A stretch of DNA of 64,000 bases, taken from positions 6,262,001-6,326,000 of the forward strand of contig JANJGN010000041.1 in assembly GCA_026770705.1 (NCBI GenBank). Reading direction: 5' to 3'. A model generated the notes under the pieces. That model saw nothing but the letters and a program-made list of their open reading frames with translations. It was not told the DNA's origin and ran no database searches. This document shows, piece by piece, positions 23,001-35,620 of this stretch (position 1 is the stretch's first letter; each line of letters begins with the position of its first letter). This DNA comes from Isurus oxyrinchus. Taxonomy: Eukaryota. The position numbers and the translations under genes are program-made.

Positions 23001-25870
23001 GAGGAAATGTGTGAGTGTGGTGACTTTTCGCTAGTAACAAGAGAAAAGCAAGGTTCACGGGCCTTCGCTAAATCAAAAAGAAACTCAATTCTGTGAATAA
23101 TATAGTGAACAGTCTAAGCAGCTAGAAATTCAACTGAATGTTTCCCGTTAATATGTTAATTCCATATAATGGCTGGGAAGGTAACCAGGAGAGGAACTTG
23201 TTTGCATTAGTGAAAGGAGAAAGTGGAGAACTTAATATCTCAAACATTTGAAGAATGAAAAATAAATGGGATATTGTAAACTCGACCCTCCAGTAGTTAA
23301 ATTGAACAGTTCTGAGGCGGTTAAAATTTAGATGAGAGCATAAGAAATAACAACAGGGGTAGACCATTCGGTCCCTTGAACCTGCTCCGCCATTCAATAA
23401 GATAATATTTGATCTTCCAGTGTTTAGATTTCCATATAGCAATGTAACCCGGATAACCCTTGATTCCCCTGCGATGTTACACTAAATTCCAGAAAATAAT
23501 TTCGAGATGCCTTATGAAAGTTATTACAAACTCATGAAAGTCAATGTACAGATCGACCAAGGAAAACGGCTTTGGCTTTATATGTTGCAATGTTGGGGAT
23601 GTCACCAATAAAGCAACATCTACTCATTCTCAATCCATGGACGTTAATCCAAGCGAAGGAAGCAATAAAGTTTATGTTCGAGGATGACATTATTAAACCG
23701 AGTAACAACATATGGAGCTCATCTCCTATAAAGGCACCTAAACCAGATGGGTCACAATGATTGTATATAGTTTATGGCAACGTTAATGCATTCACATATG
23801 CAGATCCATATCTTATTCCACGATTGGAAAACTGTATTGAAAAGATTGGGCAAGCAAGTTTCCTGTTAGAAAAATGATTTATTGTAGGGGTATTAAAAGT
23901 CCCGTTAACTGAAGAGGCCAAAGTAACATCAGATTTTGGAACAACGAATTGGCTTTTTCAACTGAATGTCATGCCTTTCGGAAAAAAAGAACACAACAGT
24001 AACATTTCAATGATTAAGCAAAACGTTATTGAAGGATTATTTAATTGTCGTACATATGTAGTGAGACTTTCGTTGCTTTCAGCTGAGCTTGGGGGGAAGT
24101 TTACAACTATACAATGATGTGTTTGGTCATTTAGAAAGATACAATTTAGTCATAAACTTTGCATAAAGTGAATTTTCCAAAATGAAGTTGATTGATTTGC
24201 GCCAAACTATGGAGAAAAGGCAAAGTGATCTCCAGAAAAGCAAAAAATGAGGGTCATCTAGTATTGAAAGTGCTTAAGAATACTGGAGAGATGTTATGGT
24301 CTATTAGCATACGTGGATTTTTTCGGAAGTTTGTCCTGAATTTCAGCAGGGCAGTGTTTCCCCTGACAACTCAGTAAAGAAAAGCAAAAATATTTGAATG
24401 GAAAAAGGATTGTCTAAGTGCCTTTAGCAGCCGGAATGTTGTACTCACCACTCCCACGTTTTTCACAGCATCAAAATATGTGAAGCCATTTAAGCTGACT
24501 TTTTATGCTAGTGAATGTTGGATCAGTTTTATCACAGGGCAACGAGACGGGAATTGAACGGCCAGTCTGTTACGTTACTGGCAATATATTTTTTTTTTCC
24601 CCCAGGGAAAATACTCAGAAGTGAGAAAGATAACCTAAATATAGTGCTGGCTGCAGAACATGTTGAAGTTCACTCATCCTAAAATTCTGCAGAAATTATT
24701 ATATTCTAACGACCAGAATCCATTATCCTTCCTAGAAATGTTTCAGAACAAGAATGTGATACTATGTTTTTTAAGTTTAATGCTATTCCCTTAAAAGTTA
24801 AACCTCAGCCATGTCGCTGGAAATTACTTTATCTAGAGCAAATATGGAGGACGAAGAAAACCATAATTAAAATGGGCCTGCGTAGATTACGTTTCTTATG
24901 GAAAATACTAGCATATTTGCTGTAAGAACATAGTTAAAGTCGTAAGATAAGATAAATGTAGTGAAGAGACGAGATGCTAACAGGAAATGTAAATGCCTCT
25001 TAAAGCTACCTTTTCAATTCTTATCCTGTTACGGGGTAAGTGATGGGAACTAGATGTAATTTTAGACAAGCTACAAATGTATTTATAATGTGAAGCCTGG
25101 GTTTGGTTTCAGTTTGGACTTTTGCAACATTCAGCGGGCCAGCCTGGGGCACTGCTTGGATGTTTACATTTTAATGAATGCTTTACTAATCTTCAAATGA
25201 AGAGATTGGCTTCGATAGGATTTGGTGATTTAGGCAAATTGAAACTAAAACAAGAAGTAAGAAATAAAACTGCGTTGTTGACTCACAACTGGTGATCCCG
25301 AGGATGTGCAGAGATCCATAAAGACAAGGAGCCTATCACCTTGTAGTTTCAGTTGGTGTTAGAGTGCCAACGAGTCAAGACCCGACGAAAAGGCCTCAGT
25401 CTCTTTCCAACTGGGCATGATGCCAGATTCTTGAGGAACTCGTGGATAACCCTCTAAGGGTAAAGTATAGGTGAATTTGAGCGTTCTGGATATCTTAAGG
25501 GAGATACCAATTGTGCAATTGCTTCTAGTGAATGGTCGGAAGACTACTGGAAAACCAAATTCTTTACCACTGAACAAGCGTTATTCTTGGTCCAGAACTA
25601 ATCGTGCCTTATCACTGGGGTCCTGGGTTAATAAGGGCATTAGTAGGATGAAAGGGGCAGTGTGAGTTTCTGTCACTTATTTCGTGTTCTCTGTAATGAA
25701 AACGTACCAAATGTTTGGTTGCCTGGTGTAATATGATCATGATTAATTAAACTTTTTTTGCGACTCATGCAAAGTCAAATAAGAGTCCTGTGAACCTTCT
25801 TCACTAAGGAACCCACGGTTTCAAAATAAATGATTTCTTAAAATAGGCCATCAATCCAGGTTGCATTCTG
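20084..25870 (+). mobile_element. Decayed Gypsy LTR retrotransposon, Gmr1-type order (gag-IN-RT-RNaseH)
   Basis: Putative 5' LTR starting tgtgacg (~20084-20968). Gag fragment DISKLVQAFPKIEEK (~21590). Integrase HKDV..FCQK*HTCQ, PIPACREPFS..IDCFGP, ESMAFSVFDLIF (22.2-23.1 kb). RT PIKQH..IIKPSNNIWSSSPI..KPDGS, IPRLENCIEKIG, VMPFG (23.6-24.3 kb). RNase H KPFKLTFYASE..ERPVCY. Putative 3' LTR from ~25040. Confidence 0.85.
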
Positions 25871-26156
25871 CTGTGTAACTCTGTTTTTATAAACAGCGTG
25901 GAAAACTTATAACCCTCCAGTCCTCGGATATCACTCCAAGGTGCACTTACATGTCATGGTCAGTCAAACCTCTACTCGCAGCCTTCCATCCATTAGCGAC
26001 CCACATACATCCGATAGAGGGCAGGTAATGTTCTATTCTGTTGTGATAAAAAAAATGTTGGATAGCAAGACGTTAACTGAACCACTTTGTTCAGTCCCTG
26101 TAATTAACTTCAATCTCCCTGGATCCTAATTGTGTCACAGGAGGGTTCCACTCTGC

Positions 26157-26167
26157 TATTTATATGG
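26157..26167 (+). promoter_or_regulatory. Candidate TATA-like element upstream of GPCR exon 1
   Basis: tatttatatgg ~140 bp upstream of ATG 26301; positional evidence only. Confidence 0.3.
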
Positions 26168-26300
26168 GGCTCGTTTCAATGTGCCTTCCCCTAATGTCAG
26201 GGGGACAGTCGCATTCAGCACTCACAAGGATCAACGACTCCATAGAGAGGGGGAGAAAAAATATCAGAACCTGAGAATAATAGATTGGAAAGTCACAACA

Positions 26301-26475
26301 ATGAATCAGAATCTTAGAAGAAAGTCTTGGAATATTACAAAAATGGACAGGAGTTTATCCTCGGGGCTTTATTACCTTTCTCCAGATCGGATATCATTAG
26401 CTGATAGGATCCTGGGTGTAATTTCGTTAATCCAAGTGGGTTACTTTCCCATCCTGGCTCTTTTCGGTGTCACCG
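26301..26475 (+). CDS. GPR139/GPR142-like class A GPCR, coding exon 1 (N-terminus and first half of TM1)
   Basis: acaATG at 26301; MNQNLRRKSWNITKMDRSL..IQVGYFPILALFGVT followed by phase-1 donor G|gtaag at 26475/26476. Joins exon 2 in frame (G+TG = Val). Alternative in-frame ATG at 26343. Confidence 0.85.
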
Positions 26476-26869
26476 GTAAGAACCTATATGCAACAATCTG
26501 TTATTTGAACCAAACTGACTGCATTGCCTTTACTGTCTTTTACATTTCAGGAAGATGGAAGTCATTTGCTACTGTTCCCATTTTAATGACCGTTCCCTAT
26601 CCAGTCGCTCCACCCGCCTACCACGCCACTATCTAAGTCTGATCCATAGTGTCGTCGACCCCGAGGCCCCATTTGGCCCTGAGCTGATTTCTGAGCCCAT
26701 ACCCTTTCCATCCATAAGCCTGTCTTCGACCAGATCTGCAGCCTCACCCACGATCCTCACAGCAGTAGCACATCACCGGAATGCTCCCTCAGCTGTGCAT
26801 TTGTCAAAGCCAGACTCGGCTTTTAAAATGTTAATCTGGCCATACAATTGCAGTTATAAACCTTCTTGA

Positions 26870-27010
26870 AACATACCATGTACAAAACTCTGCTTTCTGT
26901 AAACTAACCCATGCCAAATCTCATTCCACCATCATCCCTGCGCTCACGGGCCAACATTGCTTCCAGGTCTTTCAGCTAGTCAATTTCAAAATTCCAATCC
27001 TGTCACCTGA
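26870..27010 (+). mobile_element. L2 LINE RT C-terminal fragment (intronic)
   Basis: QNSAFCKLTHAKSHSTIIPALTGQHC..FKIPIL, cf. L2 QNSAARILTRTKSRSPITPVLADLHW..FKILIL. Confidence 0.6.
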
Positions 27011-27849
27011 TTACTCTTTAATCTCATTTCTCCAATCACTCCCATACCCAGAAACTCAGACATGGTGCCCCTTGTTGTGCAGGGGTTTTCAGCATGTTTG
27101 ACACTTGCCTTTTAAACACTGTCTGTACCTGCCCACCGAAAGCCTGTGTTAATCACTCTCAGCTAAATGTTTGTTAAACAACACGAGGCACCCTCTCCAA
27201 TTTAATTGAAACGGGCCGGACATCTAACTGTCAGCTGAAGGGCTTTTGACTGACTTCTGTTATTGCAGGGTCCATTGAGGTGCTGTAGATGGTTTTCATG
27301 GTGCTGTGCTGTGAGGGGCTGCATACATTGAGAGAGGAAAAAGGATTTATAGGCCATACCTTGGAAGAGTTTTTGGGCCTGTAATTACAGTGCATCTGGA
27401 CCTCTACCATGACTAGCGAAAGAAGTGGAGTGAAGAGGGAGCGGAACGCCTGTTAACATTTGGGTGTCGGGGGGTGGGGGTTGCTTTGGGGGGCGGGTGA
27501 GGGGGGTTGCACTGCCCTAAGCACCGCGGGATTTTCAGGGACACTTTAGAAACCTATACTTAAAACATGGGCAGAGACAGATATAACTCTGCCACGACAC
27601 CAGGGTGTTACAGAGCCATCTCATCTCCTTTAACAACACTTGGGGCCGCACACCAGGTTGAGAGAGCTGCAGTCTTTGGACACGAATTTCACAAGATCAG
27701 TGAAACTTCTATGGATTCGGAAGATTCCAGGCAGGGGAATAGTTGTTGTTATATTCATTATCTCCCAGTATTTTGCCTAACTATGTATTCACTAGCCGAC
27801 AGAGAACATCTATGCTGGGTGCCACGTTTATACCGGTGCTCCCTCAACA

Positions 27850-28360
27850 GGGAGAAGCATAATGATTGGTCTCATGGCCTCCTAGGGTAGAGGGATTCCC
27901 GATGGCATGAGTGATTCCGCCGTGGCCAATTAGAATTGACAGAGAAAAGGCTCTGAAAGAACTATCACTGTATTGACGTGCATTTGATGTATGTTTATGC
28001 ACAGTACATCATGTTGGTGAATAGCCACTATCCTGACTAGAGCCGCAATCCCTTCATTATGAAGCACTCGGACATTTACAGCATCTTTGATGCTCCATAG
28101 AGAACCACAAAGTGGATTTTCGGAGTTGAAGGCTGCCCCGTCGGTACATGGATCAAAAAACTTTACTTTGCCATTCTGTAACTCCAACCAAGCAGGTGAA
28201 CATAGCATGTCAATGCCAAAAGCGATGGAGTTGCATAGAGTATTGTGGATCAGCCTGCCAGAGTGGCAAAGAAACGCTTCTGATTCCTGCGTGAACCCTC
28301 CAGTACACACTGGAGCAGCTGATCATTTTCATAGTGTTCTGCTTGATCCTTCATATCATC
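27850..28360 (+). mobile_element. PIF/Harbinger transposase remnant (intronic)
   Basis: KNYHCIDVHLM..IMLVNSHYPD*SRNPFIMKHS..WIFGVEGCP..W, cf. RKGFHSLNVQLVCD..VNARYPGSSHDAFILR.S..WLLGDKGYPL..W. Confidence 0.7.
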
Positions 28361-29554
28361 ACCATCATAAGGATACAGGCAATGTCACCAAGAATCCAGA
28401 GGGCAACGAAGGTGAAGAGGAAATTGTGTTAAGATATATCGTGGATGCTTTCGCCTTTGACAGGTTGTCTAGATGTGCCCGCTAAGAATCCTGTTTGCAC
28501 AAAACTTCCTTTTCTGAAGTTGTACTGAACGTAAATTTAAATGTTTACACAATGGAAATCCAACAGCAAGATCAAAGGACAGGGACACTGTTGCTAATAA
28601 GTGAAACACTTCAAAATTAGATAAGCTAAGAGACATTTTTGAAGATTTCACGCATTAAAAGAGGCTGATAGGCTTTACATGTTGGTACATTTCTTCAATA
28701 CAGAGGCTCCGCCACACTGTAGACTAAAAGCCAAATATTTACAAAATCCATTTGTCTTCAATCACGGAGGAACGAACAATTCAGTCCTGCAACGTTTTCA
28801 ACCAACACATTAAGCAATTTAAGAAATGAGCTGTTCCTCTTCTACACTCCTAATAATTTAAGTATGTGTTGCATTTCTGCAAATCATCATGCTTTGTGTG
28901 AGGGCGTATGAGTGTTTGTGTTGTACATGATCGTTATTATTTGTGTTTGTGCATTTTGTAAGAAACAGACGTTTATTCTTTCGTTTGAAATGATAATTCG
29001 CAAGAAAGCTCGCTTCGAAATTCTTAAAATACCATCTGTGGAGAAAAGAAACATTCCTTCTGATAACCGCTGAGCATTCCTGTCAGGAAGATATGTTGAG
29101 CAAAATATTAAATTAACCCATTTCTCTTCTTTCTCCTTAATGGAATCATCACCTCTGGCGCCTCTCAATCAACTGCGTCTCCCCTCTCGCTTATGGATTC
29201 CACACTCACCCATGGGTACCACCCGTAATACGCACACTGACCTGGCACTCCGTAAGCCTCAATCACCGCTAAGTGCAACTATTATCCCCCGATTACTCCT
29301 TTACTCCCTTGTCTCTTAAATACTCCCGGTCTCCTGCAACTCTCATCTCCACTCCATTTCCACCTCCTTATTTTAACTATTCAATGTATTCTTCCTTCCA
29401 TGGAATAACAGAGATTTTTTATACCTTCTTTCAGGGCCGTTCATTTCAATACACCAGAGGATCCTGTAATACATCTCCATCGCATCTCAATCATACTGGC
29501 AACTTTGGTACCAGAGTGATATATCATTTTACTAATTATTACCTTTCCTTGCAG

Positions 29555-30432
29555 TGAACCTATTCACGATTGTGATATTGAGGCGCCAGAGGTGCGGTCT
29601 CTCCAATTGTGTTACCCGTTACCTGGTGGCCATGACAGTGGCTGATCTACTGGTCATTATCCTGGACCTGATACTGAGGCATATTCCAATTGTGTTTGAT
29701 AAGTATTTTATTTTCCTGCAATCAATCCCAGTGTGTAATATCCACGCCGTCCTGCTCTATGCAGCCACTGACTGTTCTGTGTGGTTCACCGTCACTTTTA
29801 CCTTGGATCGATTTGTGGCCATTTGTTGCCCGAAACTGAAAACTAAATATTGCAATGAAAAAACGGCAGCTCTGATTCTGGGAACCGTGATTGCACTGAG
29901 CTGTTCAAAGAACACTTTCTGGTATTTTTTGCTCACAGGTCAGTACTGGCTGATAAACTTCCCCTGGTTTTGTGGTTACACAAAAGAGGTTCTGTTCTCT
30001 CCTGTCTGGGTGACAATCGAGTTCACCCATCACATTCTAACACCTTGTGTCCCATTTGTACTGATCCTGCTCATCAATATTTTGACAGTCGAGTATATTT
30101 TAGTGACCAGCATGACCCGCAGGAGACTTCGGTCTCATAGGAGAGGGGAGAGCCCCAGAGACCCAGAGATGGACAATCGAAAGAAATCGATCATGTTACT
30201 GTTTTATATTTCAGCCAATTTCATTGTTTTATGGGCAATGTTAATGTTTTATTCCATATGGGTTCGAATGTATGATTTTGGCTTTAATTCACTGTATCTA
30301 CATCTTTTTGTTCTGCATTTGGGTTTCATGCTGCAGCTCCTGAGTTGCTGCACAAACACTTGGGTTTATGCTGTGACACAGACTAAGTTCAGGGAGCAGT
30401 TTTGGAAAATGTTGAAATATCCCTTCAATTAA
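29555..30432 (+). CDS. GPR139/GPR142-like class A GPCR, coding exon 2 (TM1b-TM7, helix 8); spliced product 350 aa
   Basis: Polypyrimidine acceptor ..cctttccttgcag|; uninterrupted ORF with TM1 Asn, AMTVADLL (TM2), TM3 Cys and LDRFVAICCP, ECL2 WFC, HILTP (TM5), FIVLW (TM6), CCTNTWVY (TM7) and KFREQF helix 8. Confidence 0.93.
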
Positions 30433-31489
30433 ATTTTTAATTAGTTCAATGATTGGAAGAGCTGAATATCTGACATTTCTAGGACATAATTTCACAATTC
30501 CAGCACTGCATAACGGTCTGTCACTGGGTGGAATGAATCAATGCAAACCTCCTGAATTTTAACATTGAACTTAACGTTTTCAGTGGATAGGGGTGGAAAC
30601 TGGGGTGGGGCTGTTGGGGTGGAGGGACTGCTTTAAGTTGGAATTGAGAAGTCTTAAATTACTAGGAGTTTCCTGAGTTCTCTCAATGAATTTAACATTT
30701 CCAGCTGGCACGGGGGAATGGGGGTAGGATGGGGGTGTCTTGTGCATTCAATGGGTCCGTTTCAATGGAACCGAATCACTCAAAGCTTCCAATATTTTCT
30801 CCTTTCATTGCTCAGTTTGAATTGAGGAAAATTCATCTCATTGGGAGAACAAATACACCACGGTTTTCCAGAATTGAAGCATTTTCTCTTATTTATAGCT
30901 GTGGGGGTGGAGTGGTGGAGGGAGGGGGCGAGGGGAGGCCGTGAATGTTACCTCACTGACCAACTACTCCCATCCAATTGGCCGATTGTAAAGCCTATCG
31001 TCCCCTCCGCCACACAGGAACGGAAGGTAATAAAGGTAATAAAGCCATTTGCACACTTCCATTGCCCACAAGACATATCCATTATCCTTCTCTCTCGTAC
31101 TGATTGAACAGAAAACTAAGCCACTGATAGCCTACTTCCAAAATCGCCGATGCAACTGTCCACTGCTTCTCAGTGATTGGACAGGAATCCTCCATCCAAC
31201 ACGTGATTGGAAGCCGAAATGGAATGCCGGAGTGGAACGTGGTGAGGTCTTGTCAGAGGAGGAGTGGTCGCAGCATACAATTCAAGTAACCAACAACGGC
31301 AGTAAGAAAACAAACTGAAAGTGAGGTATCAGCAGAAATTAGTGCATGGCAGCAGCCCAGCTCACACTGAATTCTATTGTTTATAAAGGAAGTGGGTATC
31401 AATTCATCTGCAGAAAGAGGGCGGCGTTGTAGTGGATTTGGTGTGTGTGTGCGGGTCAAGACGGCACAACTGGACCTCGATCTCCCTAA

Positions 31490-31830
31490 AAGAGATGCAG
31501 ATTGACATACAAAAAGAGAGAGCGAGAGAGAGGCATGTTGCTTAACAGACAGAAAGACACAGAGACTTTGAAAAAGAGATAGAAAGAATTTGAGTGGTGT
31601 GGGGGGGGGGAGAGAAAGAGGCTGATAGAGAGAGAGGTGGAGGCAGAGTGAGAGATGAACGTACTGGGATGTAGAGGGACAGAAAAACAGAGAGCGGGAA
31701 AGAGATAAAGGGAGAAATAGAGGCTGGAAGAGAACAACAGTGAGAAAGGGAGAGACGAACAATGAGACAGGGAGAGAGGAAGACATTGAGTAACGGGAGG
31801 GGAGGTGAAAAAGAAGTAAGAGAGGGATTG
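31490..31830. repeat. GA-rich low-complexity tract
   Basis: Purine-rich degenerate (GA)n. Confidence 0.85.
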
Positions 31831-31887
31831 GGTTAGTCACATCGTGGATGAGATTTGGGAATTAAGCAGGGGGACATGGAAATTGCA

Positions 31888-32410
31888 GCTGAATGTATTT
31901 TAAATAGGGTGAAATCCCATTCACTTAGCACCAATCTGCTGAATGTATTTTAGCCAGTACGCACTTATCAACACCGTGCTGAATCTATTTTAACCAACAA
32001 TAAATCCCACTCACATATTATGACCCCGCTGAACGTATTTTAACCAGCACTAAATCCCATTAACTTATCAATGATCCGCTGAATATATTTTAACCAGCAC
32101 TAAATCCATTAATTTGTCAACAATCTGTTGAATGTATGTTAGTGAGCAATAAATCCCACTCACACATTACCACTCTGTTGCTTGTATTTTAACCAGCTCT
32201 GAATACCATTCACTTATCACCACTTTGCTGAATGCATTTTATCCAGCACGAAACACCATTCACTAATCAATACCCTGCTGAATGTATTTTAACCAGCAGT
32301 AAACCCATTCACTTATGAGCACTCTGCTGTATATATGTTAGCCAACACTAAATCCACTCAATTATCAACACCCTGCTGAATCTATTCTAAAAGGCACAAA
32401 ATCACATTCC
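31888..32410. repeat. ~50-bp minisatellite (~11 copies)
   Basis: Unit ~gctgaatgtattttaaccagcactaaatcccattcacttatcaacaccct. Confidence 0.92.
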
Positions 32411-33039
32411 TGGTCGGGGAATCTTATACATTCGTATGTGTTAAAATTAGAGAATTAGCTTACTATTGATATCCTGAATATATATGCCAACTTATGGTGA
32501 TGACTTAAAATTACTGCACAAACACGTTAATTTATGCAGTGAGTCACTCCAAAATCAGACAGCAGTTAAAGTCTGTGGTGAAGCATCCATTCCGAACATC
32601 ATTCAGAGAATGAGCCAATCCGGAAGCACCACTGCTGTCTGACAGGCAGCACAGCCAATCTGGAGCTTCTCCCAGGGACTCACACAACCACTACCCAAAA
32701 CCACCATCTCCACAGCCACTCAACTAATTCACACACCCCGTTATTAAAAGCCACCTCATCCAATTGGTATGATTGACCAGGTGAATCACGATTCACTGAG
32801 CCTATTTGGTATTTTGTTGACATTCGCGTGACAAAATCCTCGAAATCCGCCTGGTGAATGACACCTTACGTGAACCAAACAGGGAGCATCATTATGTGGC
32901 TAAAAAACGCAACAGCCAATCTGGGACTTCATTTGGTAACTCAGGGCCTTCTTCCCCAATCAGGCAGCTGCTTTTGGTGCTTTACGGTCGGGACAGTTGG
33001 TCAGCAAGTTTTAGATAGAGGCTAACATACTTACGGCAC

Positions 33040-35620
33040 TCCTGGCTGCCTGGATGACCATATATGCAGAATGTGGCATCTGTTTAACGCGCTTGAGAAC
33101 CGGGTGTTGGAGCTCAACCATCGGCTGGATGCAGTGGTGCACTCCGGTGCGCGAGACTCATATAGACAGCATGTTTCTTTTTTTTCACACAGTCACCGCA
33201 CAGCTTAAGGAAGTGCAGTCAGACAAGGAATGGGTTACCCAAGTCAGAGGAAGGGGTGCTAGTAGTTAGTCAGGAAAGCCACCGAGTGTGTCTCATTTAA
33301 AAACAGTTTCTTTCTCTGTGTTGGAAAATGGTGACCGTGTTTATTCCCATTGAGAATGCAGCCAGAGCCCAGCTACACAAGCTGGGAGTGGAGAAAGTGA
33401 GGGAGAACAATCGTGTCGGAGACCCCAAATTGTGGGTGAGTCAGGCGTATCAGCGGCCAAAGGCATAACTCCAGAATGGTGTGTTGCATCCCTGGAGCCA
33501 GGGTCAAGACTGTCATTTTACTGCTCCAAGGAATTCTGAATGGGGAGGGCGAGCAGCCAAATGACATGGTTCACATTCGTCCTAAATGACTTATGCACAA
33601 AGCGGGATGAGGACCAAGAATTTCGGGAGCAAGGTAGCAGCTTGAAAAGCAGGGCATCAAAGATTCTAATTTCTGGATTAATTCCGATGCCACGTCCTAC
33701 TGTGAAGAAAAATAGGTGGATAGATTAAATTCATGTGTGGCTGATGATGTGGTTCAGGAGGACTACTGAAAGTTTTTCGGTCATTGGGTGTGTTTCTTGT
33801 AGAGGTGGGAGGTGAGGAAGTCCAAGATATTTTACCTCAACCGGAAATGCATCAAAATTATTTATTGGTAGGGCTGGGGTTGGGGGTGGTGGCGTGGTGC
33901 GGGCGCTGGAGAGTGGAGGTTTGCTGGTGCTGTTGTTGCGGGTTTAAACAAATTTGGCAATGCGATAGGATATGTAATGGATGTTACGTAGGATGTGATT
34001 TATAGGCAAGTTTAGAAGAAAAACTACGTCAGCCAGGAAGACAGCGATTATATAGTCAAGTTAAGGCACAAAGGAGAATGGCAGGGATGGATGGCACTTA
34101 TTTTCATCCAAAGAGTCATGTGAGTCGGGCAGAATAATTGACAGTGTTGATTAACACAGAGATCTGGTGAAGGAAAGGGCAGGGCTGGCAGCTCAAAATT
34201 CTGTTTATGGAATCCGCAGTCGAGACGAGGCTGCCGTTGGGGGGAGGGCGGTCGGAATAGAGGAGTTGGTTCACAACATTAATCAATGAGTCAACTGCTG
34301 CAAAGAGGAAAGATGATACCTTAGTGAGTTCCTCAGATGAGGCCGTATGGTTTGAGCTGAAATTCAAAAAGGGGCCAATCAATTTGCCACACCGAAACAG
34401 CCAGATTGATAGAAAGGCTGACATGTAGCCAAAATCAGAGAAGTGGAATAATAACAGCGTAAAAATAGTAGCTTTCCACTTTCCCCTATCTACGAGGATA
34501 TACAAAGTGGTGATGGCTTAGAGGGGACAGAATTTTCAAAATGTACCGAGGGGAGATTTTTAATGTGAAGAACATGAATCCCACAAGAAAGGCAGTAGTG
34601 CTGGGCTTAGCATTTGGGAACAAATCTGGGCTATTGGTAGAAGTTTAAAAGGGGGAAAATTTCTCTGATTTTGTCCATAATTCAGTAAGTGTTAAGGTAG
34701 TTATTGGGAAGGATAAAATGCACCTGATATAAAGCTGCTGAATTGGGAAAGCATGTTTTTAATAATTTAGTATACGATCCTGTCAAAGTGAACTGGAAGC
34801 ATCCATCTGTCCAAAAACCTGCATCAGAGCAGAGGGAGTTTTGCAAAAAATGAAATATTGAGTGCTGGGGCAAACATTTCCAGAGAGCCCTGGATTTCGA
34901 GGAATGCACTGGATTGAATGAGGGAAAACAGGAAGCTCCTCGAGGAAGCTGATGGCTCAAAAAAGCATGAGTGCTTCAAAATATGTAAATTGTGTATAGT
35001 TACTTAAATAAGGAAAGTAGGAGATCGAAGAGGGAGCATTGGAAAACACTGGCAGGTAAAATAAAATAAAGCAAAAAGGCTTTTCGTAAGTATTTTACGG
35101 TCAGAGGATCACCAGAGAAAGAGCAGCTCGCATTTGGGACAAAATTAGTGTGTGGATTTATGAGATTTCGATGTTATTTCAAAAGTGCACCTTGCATCTG
35201 TATTTAGTGTAGAGAAGAGCGATGTAGGTATAGAAATGAGCGACGGGGACTGTGATGCACATGAACAATTTAGGATTGAGAGGGAGGAGATATTAGATGT
35301 TTTATCTGACTTTGAAGTAGATAACTCGCCAGACCTAGATGCGATGATTTCCAGGCTGCTCTGCAAGGCAAGGAAGGAGATGGAAGTGTCCCTGACATTA
35401 ATTTCAAAATCCAGCCTCGTCACAGGAGAATCTCAGTTGACTTAAGGTCAGCGAATGTATTATCATTATTCAAATTAGGTGCCAAAAATCCAGGCAGCAT
35501 TAAATTAGAGGATCTAAAATCAGTGTTAGGGAAACTTTCGGGAAAAAAAATATCTGGGAGAGGACTGACCTCTGCTTGGAGAGGCAGGGATTAATCAGCG
35601 ATAGTCAGCATTATTAACCT
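33040..35620 (+). mobile_element. CR1 LINE remnant retaining ORF1 (zinc finger/leucine zipper, esterase) and ORF2 EN to RT start
   Basis: DDHICR..LENRVLEL; MVCCIPGARVKTV (CR1 ORF1 esterase motif); EAVWFELKFKKG; DNSPDLDAMISRLL. Confidence 0.82.

Noticed and set aside
26130-26636. 168-aa ORF as a standalone gene
   Set aside because: It is GPCR exon 1 plus upstream sequence and read-through past the gtaag donor into the intron.
27567-28485. Nested gene in the GPCR intron (ORFs of 107-132 aa)
   Set aside because: These are off-frame or antisense translations of a Harbinger transposase remnant.
31253-31840. 195-aa Leu/Ser/Phe-rich ORF (similarly 56844-57299 and 62253-62795)
   Set aside because: Translations of GA/CT/CTAT low-complexity tracts that lack stop codons by composition.
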